From the IMG/VR virus record IMGVR_UViG_3300030685_000004, positions 1 to 52,479 of that record: a stretch of 52,479 bases of DNA; one strand, given 5' to 3'. The DNA comes from a virus. Taxonomy: Duplodnaviria; Caudoviricetes. The translations under genes and the position numbers were made by a program. The notes beneath the pieces were generated by a model. That model saw only the letters and a list, made by a program, of their open reading frames with translations, was not told the origin of the DNA and did not search any database. Position 1 is the first letter of the stretch; every line of letters begins with the position of its first letter. This document shows, piece after piece, positions 26,901 through 34,366 of the stretch.

Positions 26901-27894
26901 TAGTAAAATGTTGGATGGTAAGCTAGCTAAATTCTTGAACAATCCTAATTACAAATCTGATGATTTATCAAATGCTTTGAAGACAGTAATCAATTCAGTA
27001 TATGGATTAACCTCAGCTAAATTTGAGAATGCTTTCAGAGACCCAAGAAACATAGATAATATAGTAGCCAAAAGAGGAGCTCTCTTTATGGTAGACCTCA
27101 AATATGCAGTACAAGAAAAAGGATTTACTGTAGCACATATTAAGACAGACTCCATAAAGATACCAAATGCAACTGAGGAAATTATTCAGTTTGTTATGGA
27201 CTTTGGACTCAAATATGGGTATGACTTCGAACATGAAGCTACCTATGAAAAGATGTGTTTAGTTAATGATGCTGTATATATTGCTAAATATGACAGTAAG
27301 GGTTTAATAGGTAAAGGTGGGAAACATGCTGGTGAGTGGACAGCTACAGGAGCACAGTTTATTCAGCCATATGTATTTAAATCATTGTTTAGTAAAGAAC
27401 TATTAACTTTTGCGGATACCTGTGAAACAAAATCTGTAACTACAGCCTTATATTTAGATATGAATGAAGACCTACCACCAGAAGAACATAAATATCACTT
27501 TGTAGGAAAGGTTGGGTCGTTCTGTCCAATCAAACCAGGAAAGGGTGGTGGTATATTACTAAGAGAAAAAGAAGGAAATTATCATGCAGCAAGTGGTAGT
27601 AAAGGATTTAGATGGCTTGAAGCAGAGATGGTTCATATTCTTAATAAAGAAGCAGACATCGATCATGCATATTATAATAAGTTGGTTGATGATGCATTAA
27701 CTAATATATCCAACTTTGGTGATACTGAATGGTTTATATATAGTGAGTCACCTAAACCAAGAAATTTATGTTCAACCCCATGTGGAAAAAATAATGATAC
27801 TCTTTGTGAAAGTTGTAATAACTTATCAGAAGAAGAGGATATCTTATTATGTAAACTTGGTTCACATTTTAAACCAACACTATTACCATTTTGA
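23965..27894 (+). CDS. Fused SF3 helicase - primase(AEP-like) - 3'-5' exonuclease - family B DNA polymerase
   Basis: Walker A GEAGAGKS and ATNK; DFDLKD and SKSQAGVHLHY; exonuclease FFDVEVF/GFNCRRYD/YCVNDV; PolB LDVASMHPS, K...NSVYG, IKTDS; TTG start with AAGGAGG RBS. Confidence 0.9.
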   Translation: MDFYKIKSRPVKQGVIELSPDFKVCKCKDLMIRGKSFYAIWDEEKGLWSTDEYEVQRLVDEELIKARDDETKNSDSIVKVKLMMEFSNKSWVEYRNFMKNISDNSHQLDTELTFQNTEIKKKDYVSKKLPYPLEEGRCDAFDELIGTLYDPEERAKLEWAIGAVIAGDAKNIQKFIVLYGEAGAGKSTILNIIQKLFEGYYTTFEAKALTTNNNSFAMEVFRTNPLVAIQHDGDLSKIEDNTKLNSIISHEEMTMNEKYKPSYTSRVNCFLFMATNKPVKITDAKSGIIRRLIDVKPSGKRLPSKKYMALMSKIDFELGAIAQHCFNVYKNMGKHYYNSYKPLEMMFQTDMFFNFVEDNFYEFKKDDGITLSRAFTLYKEYCEDSLIDYKLSKTKFREELRNYFKYFSGGTAIRVNGVITRNYYSGFLDTKFNSESKKEEEIPNTLVLDSTESIFDKECSECLAQYANEYDTPNKKWADVKTKLKDIDTSQVHYVRLPENHIVVDFDLKDDKGEKSLELNTEAASKWPPTYAEYSKSQAGVHLHYIYEGDPNQLSRLYSEGIEIKVFNGNSSLRRKLSKCNHIPIATINSGLPLKGEKMINFESVKSEKGLRELIKRNMEKEIHAGTKPSMDFIYKILEDAYNSGLGYDITDMRPRLLAFASNSSHQADYCIKLLGQMKLKSEDISSPLNDYDPKEELMFFDVEVFPNLFVVVWKTKGKQAVKMINPTPLEIESLLKYRLVGFNCRRYDNHIMYARYIGYTNAELYTLSQRIISNSPNCMFGEAYNLSYTDVYDFASAGNKKSLKKFEIELGIHHQELGLPWDEPVPEELWTKVAEYCVNDVEATEAVFDHLVGDWTARQILAELSGLTVNDTTNAHSTRIIFGTNRKPQDVFVYTDLSEQFPGYKFDFGKSTYRGEEVSEGGHVYSEPGMYTKVALLDVASMHPSSIELLDMFGPYTKKFSEIKKARLAIKHDNYEAASKMLDGKLAKFLNNPNYKSDDLSNALKTVINSVYGLTSAKFENAFRDPRNIDNIVAKRGALFMVDLKYAVQEKGFTVAHIKTDSIKIPNATEEIIQFVMDFGLKYGYDFEHEATYEKMCLVNDAVYIAKYDSKGLIGKGGKHAGEWTATGAQFIQPYVFKSLFSKELLTFADTCETKSVTTALYLDMNEDLPPEEHKYHFVGKVGSFCPIKPGKGGGILLREKEGNYHAASGSKGFRWLEAEMVHILNKEADIDHAYYNKLVDDALTNISNFGDTEWFIYSESPKPRNLCSTPCGKNNDTLCESCNNLSEEEDILLCKLGSHFKPTLLPF

Positions 27895-27907
27895 AAGGAG
27901 AACAATA

Positions 27908-28072
27908 ATGAAATGTCCAGATGAGAGGATATATATTGGAAAGTGTAACAAATGTCAAAAAGAATATAGCATGCCATATATTTACTGTTGTTTAACAGAA
28001 TGTGGAGAACATGAATTTTGTCAAAATTGTAAAGTAAGAAAGGGGATTAATAATAATGATGATCAAGAATAA
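27908..28072 (+). CDS. Small Cys-rich protein
   Basis: RBS TTGAAAGGAG; CxxC...CC...C...CxxC. Confidence 0.55.
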   Translation: MKCPDERIYIGKCNKCQKEYSMPYIYCCLTECGEHEFCQNCKVRKGINNNDDQE

Positions 28073-28502
28073 TTTAGTAATAGAAAACGCGAGGATAGGA
28101 TTCAGAAACTTTAGTGGAAAGGCTGCCAAGTTTAATCCAGTAGGAAGAAGAAATTTCTGTGTGTTCCTAGATATGGTTGATGGTCATAAATTGGAAAACG
28201 ATGGATGGAATGTCCGTTGGTTACAGCCTAGAGAAGAAGGAGAGGATATGGTACCATATTTACAGGTTGCAGTATCATATGATAACATAGCGCCTAAGAT
28301 AGTCTTAGTAACTAAGAAGAGGAAGACTGTACTTGATGATATTTCAGTAAGTGAATTAGATACTGCTGAGATAGAAAATGTCGATTTGATCATTAGACCT
28401 TATAATTGGGATGTTCAGGGTAAAGAAGGAGTTAAAGCATATGTTAAGAGTATGTATGTTACAATAGTAGAAGACGAATTCGCCGAAAAGTATTATGATT
28501 AG
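28056..28502 (+). CDS. Putative ssDNA-binding protein
   Basis: 'FRNFSG...N..G.RNF.V', 'VKAYVKSMYVTI'; replication module position; acidic C-terminus. Confidence 0.65.
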   Translation: MMIKNNLVIENARIGFRNFSGKAAKFNPVGRRNFCVFLDMVDGHKLENDGWNVRWLQPREEGEDMVPYLQVAVSYDNIAPKIVLVTKKRKTVLDDISVSELDTAEIENVDLIIRPYNWDVQGKEGVKAYVKSMYVTIVEDEFAEKYYD

Positions 28503-29709
28503 TCTTCGAGACTATCAGATAGAAGCAATTGATAAACTAAAGTCAGGCTCCATCCTTTGTGGTGGGGTCGGCTCTGGTAAATCGAGAACTGCCATAGCTT
28601 ATTATTTTCTGAAAGAATGTAAAGGTACTATGAATGTAAATGGTGTTGGGGAATTCTCTCCCATGACAAAACCAAAAGACCTTTATATCATTACAACAGC
28701 TAAGAAAAGAGATACTTTAGAATGGGAAGGGGAATGTACTCCTTTCCTTATATCAACAAAGAAAGATTGTGGTATGAGTACAGTCATCGTTGACTCATGG
28801 AATAATATATCAAAGTATATCAAAGTTAGGAATGCATTCTTTATATTTGATGAACAGCGATTAGTTGGTTCAGGCACCTGGGTCAAATCATTCTTAAAGA
28901 TAGTAAAGAACAATAATTGGATTCTTCTTAGTGCTACACCAGGTGATACTTGGACCGACTATATTCCTGTCTTCATAGCTAATAAGTTCTATAAGAACCG
29001 TACTGAGTTTCTTAGGCGACACGCCGTATATAATCGATTTACAAAATATCCAAAGATAGAGAGCTTTATGGAGCAAGGTCACCTTAGCCGATTAAGAGAA
29101 CAGATAACCATAAGAATGGAATATACCAAACAAACAATTGCAATTGATAAAACTATAAATGTTCCATTTAAAAAAGAACCTCTTGACACAGTTCTCCTTA
29201 AACGATGGAACCCATATACTGAGAAACCAATCAAGTCCATCAGTGAAGTATGCTATCTAATGAGAAAGGTGGTTAATAGTGATCCGTCTAGGTTGGAAGA
29301 AATAACTAAGATAATCAAGGAGCATCCGAAAGTAATCATATTCTATAATTTTGATTATGAGTTGTCTATGCTTAAAGAATTAGGTGACACATTAAAAATA
29401 TCAACCAGTGAATGGAATGGACATGCCCATCAAGAGATTCCAAAAACTAAATCATGGATATATTTAGTTCAGTATACAGCGGGTGCAGAGGGTTGGAATT
29501 GTATAGAGACAGACACAATCATATTCTACTCACAAAACTATTCATACAAGACCATGGTTCAGGCAGCGGGACGAATCGACCGTCTTAATACACCATTCAC
29601 ATACTTGTATTACTATCATATTAAGTCAAACTCAATAATAGACCTAGCAATAGCAAGGGCATTAAAAAATAAAAAGAATTTCAACATACATCGTTTTATA
29701 GATTCTTAA
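28495..29709 (+). CDS. SF2 (SNF2-like) DNA helicase
   Basis: LRDYQ, GGVGSGKS, FDEQ, SATPG, EGWN and QAAGRIDR motifs. Confidence 0.9.
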   Translation: MISLRDYQIEAIDKLKSGSILCGGVGSGKSRTAIAYYFLKECKGTMNVNGVGEFSPMTKPKDLYIITTAKKRDTLEWEGECTPFLISTKKDCGMSTVIVDSWNNISKYIKVRNAFFIFDEQRLVGSGTWVKSFLKIVKNNNWILLSATPGDTWTDYIPVFIANKFYKNRTEFLRRHAVYNRFTKYPKIESFMEQGHLSRLREQITIRMEYTKQTIAIDKTINVPFKKEPLDTVLLKRWNPYTEKPIKSISEVCYLMRKVVNSDPSRLEEITKIIKEHPKVIIFYNFDYELSMLKELGDTLKISTSEWNGHAHQEIPKTKSWIYLVQYTAGAEGWNCIETDTIIFYSQNYSYKTMVQAAGRIDRLNTPFTYLYYYHIKSNSIIDLAIARALKNKKNFNIHRFIDS

Positions 29710-29711
29710 CC

Positions 29712-29739
29712 TCGCGAAAATAACATATACTATAATAGA
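29712..29739 (+). promoter_or_regulatory. Phage promoter repeat P15 (upstream of the nuclease-RNA polymerase operon)
   Basis: TCGCGA-aaata-ACAT-atac-TATAAT-AGA. Confidence 0.85.
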
Positions 29740-29790
29740 GGGATAGAATAAGCCCATCTTATTATTTTGTTTTTGCAAAGGAGATAATCC

Positions 29791-30102
29791 ATGTTAGAAA
29801 GTAAGTTCCAATCTAAGTTAATTGATGAACTTGAATTCCTATTTAAAGGATGTATAATTCTAAAAAATGATGCTAATTACATTCAAGGCTTTCCTGATTT
29901 ATTAATACTATATAATAATACCTGGGCTGCTCTAGAATGTAAACAAAATTCTAAATCCAGCTATCAACCTAACCAAGAATACTATCTTGGAGTACTGGAT
30001 AAGATGTCCTATGCTAGTGCAATATGGCCTGAGATAAAGGAGGAAGTAATAAATGAACTTCAACACACATTTCGAACTAGCAGGTCAACATGCATTCCTT
30101 AG
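29791..30102 (+). CDS. VRR-NUC / Holliday junction resolvase-like PD-(D/E)xK nuclease
   Basis: 'LESKFQ', 'GFPDLLI', 'ALECK', 'PNQ'. Confidence 0.8.
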   Translation: MLESKFQSKLIDELEFLFKGCIILKNDANYIQGFPDLLILYNNTWAALECKQNSKSSYQPNQEYYLGVLDKMSYASAIWPEIKEEVINELQHTFRTSRSTCIP

Positions 30103-30622
30103 TGCATCCAAATATCATTGGGTGAACTATGATGAAGAGAAACTTGCATCTACTTACTCTAAATTTTTAGCAACTATGCAGGGAACTAGATTGCATGAGT
30201 TTGCTAGTGAGTGTATAAAATTAGGAATCAAACTTCCTAAATCAAAGAAGACAATGAACCTTTATGTAAATGATGCTATAGGTTATAAGATGGCAACAGA
30301 ACAACCTTTGTATTATTCAGAGAATTGTTTTGGCACAGCGGATGCCATATCCTATAGACAAAACTTGCTTAGAATTCATGATTTAAAAACTGGAATTACT
30401 CCAGCATCTATGAGACAACTAGAAGTATATACTGCTTTATTCTGTTTAGAATACAAGATAGACCCAACTTCTATAGATACAGAATTAAGATTATACCAAA
30501 TGGATGAGGTTCTAATTCATACCCCACCAACAGAAGATATCCTACATATCATGGACAAAATTATAGTATTCGACCAAAAGATTACTAAATTAAAGATTGG
30601 AGGAGAATATGATTATCTATAA
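30053..30622 (+). CDS. PD-(D/E)xK exonuclease-like protein (Cas4/DUF2800-like)
   Basis: 'LSAS', 'GTRLH', 'FGTADAI', 'IHDLKTG', 'QLEVY'. Confidence 0.8.
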   Translation: MNFNTHFELAGQHAFLSASKYHWVNYDEEKLASTYSKFLATMQGTRLHEFASECIKLGIKLPKSKKTMNLYVNDAIGYKMATEQPLYYSENCFGTADAISYRQNLLRIHDLKTGITPASMRQLEVYTALFCLEYKIDPTSIDTELRLYQMDEVLIHTPPTEDILHIMDKIIVFDQKITKLKIGGEYDYL

Positions 30623-33521
30623 TGAACTAAGTCATATTGGCACTGGCACCTCTGGTCGATATCCAAAAGGGTCAGGACAAATGCCACAAAGAAGTAAAAC
30701 ACTACTAACTCAAATAGAAGAATTGAAAAAACAAGGTATGACTGATAATGAAATAGCAACAGGATTAGGCATGAACTCTAACCAATATAGACAAAGAAGA
30801 TCAATTGCCAACGCTGACCAGAAAATAGCAGATGCTCATAAAGCTATGATGTTAGAACAAAAGGGATATAGTAATGTTAAGATTGGTGAAATCATGGGTA
30901 GAAATGAATCATCAATTCGAGATTTATTAAAACCAGGTGTTTTAGAAAAAGCCAGTACAATTAGAAACATATCTAATATGTTGAAAGATGAACTAGACAC
31001 AAAACCTGGTTATGTTGATATTGGTGTTCAAACAGAACAATATATTGGTATTAAAAGAACTCAACTTAAAACAGCTGTTAGATTACTAGAAGAAGAAGGG
31101 TATGTAACACATGAAATTCCAATTGACCAACAAGGTACTGGTAAAATAACAACTATGTTAGTAGTTGCTAAACCAGGAACTACATGGGCAGAAGTTATGA
31201 ACAACAAAGATAAAATTCACATGATTAATGATAAATATTCTGAAGATGGTGGTCGAACTATTCTTGGAATTGAGACCCCTAATAGTATAAGTTCCAAACG
31301 AGTTAAAATAAACTATGCGGATGATGGTAGTGGCGGAAAAGAAATGGATGGTGTTATCCAATTAAGAATGGGTGTTCCTGAATTATCTTTAGGGAGTAAG
31401 CGATATGCTCAAGTTCGTATAGCTGTAGATGATACTCATTACTTAAAAGGTATGGCTATATATACTGATAAACTCCCTCCAGGAATTGATGTAATGTATA
31501 ACTCCAATAAATCAAAAACTACACCAGCTAGTAAAGTGTTTAAATCAATGGCCGATGAGAAAACTGGATTAATAGATCCTGATAACCCATTTGGTGCAAC
31601 CATTAGACAAAAACATTTTGTAACTGAAGAAGGTAAAAAAACACCAGGTTCAGGTAAAATGTTAGAATTAAAGAATGAAGGTAAATCTTATTCTGAAATA
31701 GCTAAAATAATGAAAATACCAGAAGATTTGGTTAAAAAAAGTGTAAAGGTAAGTGCCTTAAATATAGTTAATGAAGAAGGCGATTGGGAAAAATGGTCTA
31801 AAAATATATCATCTCAGATGTTATCTAAACAAACCCCAGATCTTGCCAAACAACAACTCGGATTAGCTTATGCCTCTAAGAAAAAAGAATTTGATGAAAT
31901 TATGACTCTGACTAATCCAACTGTTAGAAAAAAACTACTTGATGGCTTTTCTGATGATTGTGATTCAGCAGCTGTACATCTAAAAGCAGCGGCTCTACCA
32001 AGACAAGGGTCAAGAGTTATATTACCAATTCCAAGTATGAAGGATACAGAGATATATGCTCCAACCTATCGAAATGGGGAAAAAGTAGTTCTTGTTAGAT
32101 ATCCACATGGTGGTATATTTGAAATACCAGAACTAACAGTTAACAATCAGCAACCAATTGCTAAAAAACTTCATGGAAAACTAATTGATGCTGTTGGTAT
32201 ACATCCTAAAGTAGCTGAAAGATTGTCAGGAGCAGATTTTGATGGTGATACTGTTTTAGTTATTCCTAATAGAGGAAGAAATGGTAAACCATTAATAAGA
32301 ACTGAACCAGCTCTTAAACAACTTGAGGATTTCGATCCAAAAGCATTATACAAATTACCTGACTCAGCACCAAAAATGTCATCTCGTACTAAAGGTATTG
32401 AAATGGGAAATGTTTCTAATCTTATTACAGATATGACTATTAAGGGTGCAAAAAATGAGGAAATAGTTAGAGCCGTTAAACATAGCATGGTTGTAATCGA
32501 TGCTGAAAAACATCATTTAGATTATAAACAATCAGCTATTGATAATGGTATTGCTGCTTTAAAAAAGACTTATCAAGGTGGTGCAATAAGAGGAGCTTCT
32601 ACCTTAATATCCAAAGCCTCTTCTGATTATAGAGTTGATGATCGAGTAATTGGAACCGGTAATGGTATTATTAATCCCAAAACAGGTAAAGAAAAGAGAA
32701 TATATATTGACCCTGTTACAGGAAATAAATTATATACAAATACAGGAAAGTCCTATATCAAGAAAACTGTAACTATAACCGATCCAGAAACAGGAAAGAA
32801 GAAAATACTTAGTGTATATAATGCTCTTGTTAAAAAGGCATTGTTAGAGAATCCTAATCTGCCTATTAAAGAAACAGTTGTCACGAAAACAATCAAGTCT
32901 ACTAAGATGGCAGAAGCAAAAGATGCATTTGAGTTATCATCTGGAACTACTATGGAAACGGTATATGCTGAGCATGCAAACAAATTAAAAGCATTAGCAA
33001 ATGAGTCAAGGAAAGCATACATCAGTACCCCACCTTCTTTGTACTCCGCCTCTGCAGCAAAGACCTATGCTAAAGAAGTAGCTACACTTAATGCTAAACT
33101 AAACGTAGCGTTAAAGAATGCTCCTCTAGAGAGGAATGCAAATAGAATAGCAGGACTCAATATAGCAGCCAAGAAGGCAGCCAACCCTGACATGGAACTC
33201 AGTGAGATTAAAAAGTACAAGTATCAAGCCTTAGCAGAAGCAAGAGCTAGAATGGGTGCGAAAAAAGATCCTGTCGAGATAACAAATAAAGAATGGGAAG
33301 CTATACAAGCAGGTGCTGTTAGTAATAACACATTAAGTCAGATACTTAACAATGCTAGCCCTGATTTAGTTAAGCAATTAGCAACACCTAGAGTTAAACC
33401 TACAGTGACAACAGCACAAGAATCAAGGATGAAAAACTTAATTAAGAGTGGCCATACTCAAGCAGAGATAGCCGATGAATTAGGTGTATCAACTTCTACA
33501 GTATCATCATACATGAACTAA
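30609..33521 (+). CDS. Single-subunit two-barrel (double-psi beta-barrel) RNA polymerase with four HTH modules
   Basis: LSGADFDGD (ADFDGD at nt 32232-32249), VLVRYP, MDGVI, YAQVRI...LKGM and VIDAEK match motifs of the cellular RdRP/YonO-like clade; four HTH segments. Confidence 0.85.
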   Translation: MIIYNELSHIGTGTSGRYPKGSGQMPQRSKTLLTQIEELKKQGMTDNEIATGLGMNSNQYRQRRSIANADQKIADAHKAMMLEQKGYSNVKIGEIMGRNESSIRDLLKPGVLEKASTIRNISNMLKDELDTKPGYVDIGVQTEQYIGIKRTQLKTAVRLLEEEGYVTHEIPIDQQGTGKITTMLVVAKPGTTWAEVMNNKDKIHMINDKYSEDGGRTILGIETPNSISSKRVKINYADDGSGGKEMDGVIQLRMGVPELSLGSKRYAQVRIAVDDTHYLKGMAIYTDKLPPGIDVMYNSNKSKTTPASKVFKSMADEKTGLIDPDNPFGATIRQKHFVTEEGKKTPGSGKMLELKNEGKSYSEIAKIMKIPEDLVKKSVKVSALNIVNEEGDWEKWSKNISSQMLSKQTPDLAKQQLGLAYASKKKEFDEIMTLTNPTVRKKLLDGFSDDCDSAAVHLKAAALPRQGSRVILPIPSMKDTEIYAPTYRNGEKVVLVRYPHGGIFEIPELTVNNQQPIAKKLHGKLIDAVGIHPKVAERLSGADFDGDTVLVIPNRGRNGKPLIRTEPALKQLEDFDPKALYKLPDSAPKMSSRTKGIEMGNVSNLITDMTIKGAKNEEIVRAVKHSMVVIDAEKHHLDYKQSAIDNGIAALKKTYQGGAIRGASTLISKASSDYRVDDRVIGTGNGIINPKTGKEKRIYIDPVTGNKLYTNTGKSYIKKTVTITDPETGKKKILSVYNALVKKALLENPNLPIKETVVTKTIKSTKMAEAKDAFELSSGTTMETVYAEHANKLKALANESRKAYISTPPSLYSASAAKTYAKEVATLNAKLNVALKNAPLERNANRIAGLNIAAKKAANPDMELSEIKKYKYQALAEARARMGAKKDPVEITNKEWEAIQAGAVSNNTLSQILNNASPDLVKQLATPRVKPTVTTAQESRMKNLIKSGHTQAEIADELGVSTSTVSSYMN

Positions 33522-33537
33522 GAAAGGAGTAATCTTT

Positions 33538-33780
33538 ATGAAACAATCAATGTTAACTACAACCGATAATCCATTCGATCCATTCGATGATTTCGATGAA
33601 TGGTATGCCTTTGATGAATCAAAAGGTTATCATTCTCTTAGTTACTTATCTAGAATAGTAAGAACAAGTGATGAACTAAGTGAACTCGATCAGCATTTAG
33701 CAATTGAATCTGCTATTGATGACATAATTAAATTAAATCTTTTAGGAATCTATACGCGAGCAACTAAAGATGTAGAATAA
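33538..33780 (+). CDS. Conserved acidic small protein
   Basis: 'MLTTTDNPFDPFDDFDEW..FD..KGY'; RBS GAAAGGAG. Confidence 0.75.
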   Translation: MKQSMLTTTDNPFDPFDDFDEWYAFDESKGYHSLSYLSRIVRTSDELSELDQHLAIESAIDDIIKLNLLGIYTRATKDVE

Positions 33781-33860
33781 ACCAATAGTGGGGGGTCCCT
33801 CGCAAATCCTACCCCCCCTCCATATCGCGTTCGTCCTAAAAAAAGCTCCGGTGGGACATT

Positions 33861-33988
33861 TTCCTAGACCTTTTCAAGTATGGCGACGGCTTCTTTAGTC
33901 AAAAGTGGTTCATGGTGGCCATTCTCTCCCCTTTCAAGAGATGTTGATTGTCCAAAGTCGGGTCGCCATACCTGAAAGTGTCTAGGAA
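33861..33988 (+). ncRNA. Long-hairpin RNA presenting an anti-RBS loop (CCCCUUUCA)
   Basis: 27-bp outer stem with 2 mismatches (TTCCTAGAC.../...GTCTAGGAA), further inner helices, and an apical TCTCT-CCCCTTTCA-AGAGA hairpin in a non-coding gap. Confidence 0.7.
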
Positions 33989-34033
33989 CACATTAAAACT
34001 TACATAAAAGTAATAGAAAGGAGTGAACAACTG

Positions 34034-34366
34034 ATGGCCGTGTCCAAGAAAGATGATTCACCGAAACGCCAGCCTCCTGCTACTACACCAGAAGCAAGAG
34101 AAAGTCAAATGATAGCCTTTGCTGTAGACTTGGCAGAGAAACAACTTCTCAAAGGAACGGCATCGTCACAAGTTATAACTCACTTCTTAAAACTTGGTTC
34201 GACCAAAGAAAGAATTGAGAAAGAGATTCTTATGAAACAAAAAGAACTCATACAAGCCAAGACAGATGCTATTCAATCAGCAAAGAAGGTAGAAGAATTA
34301 TATGCAAATGCCCTTAATGCAATGAAATCATACAGTGGAAAAGGAGGTAATGACGATGGAGACTAG
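34034..34366 (+). CDS. Putative terminase small subunit
   Basis: Helical 110-aa protein heading the packaging module; assignment mainly positional. Confidence 0.55.
   Translation: MAVSKKDDSPKRQPPATTPEARESQMIAFAVDLAEKQLLKGTASSQVITHFLKLGSTKERIEKEILMKQKELIQAKTDAIQSAKKVEELYANALNAMKSYSGKGGNDDGD

Noticed and set aside
30053-30622. CRISPR-associated Cas4
   Set aside because: PD-(D/E)xK fold only, without the Fe-S cysteine set or any CRISPR context; a common phage exonuclease type.
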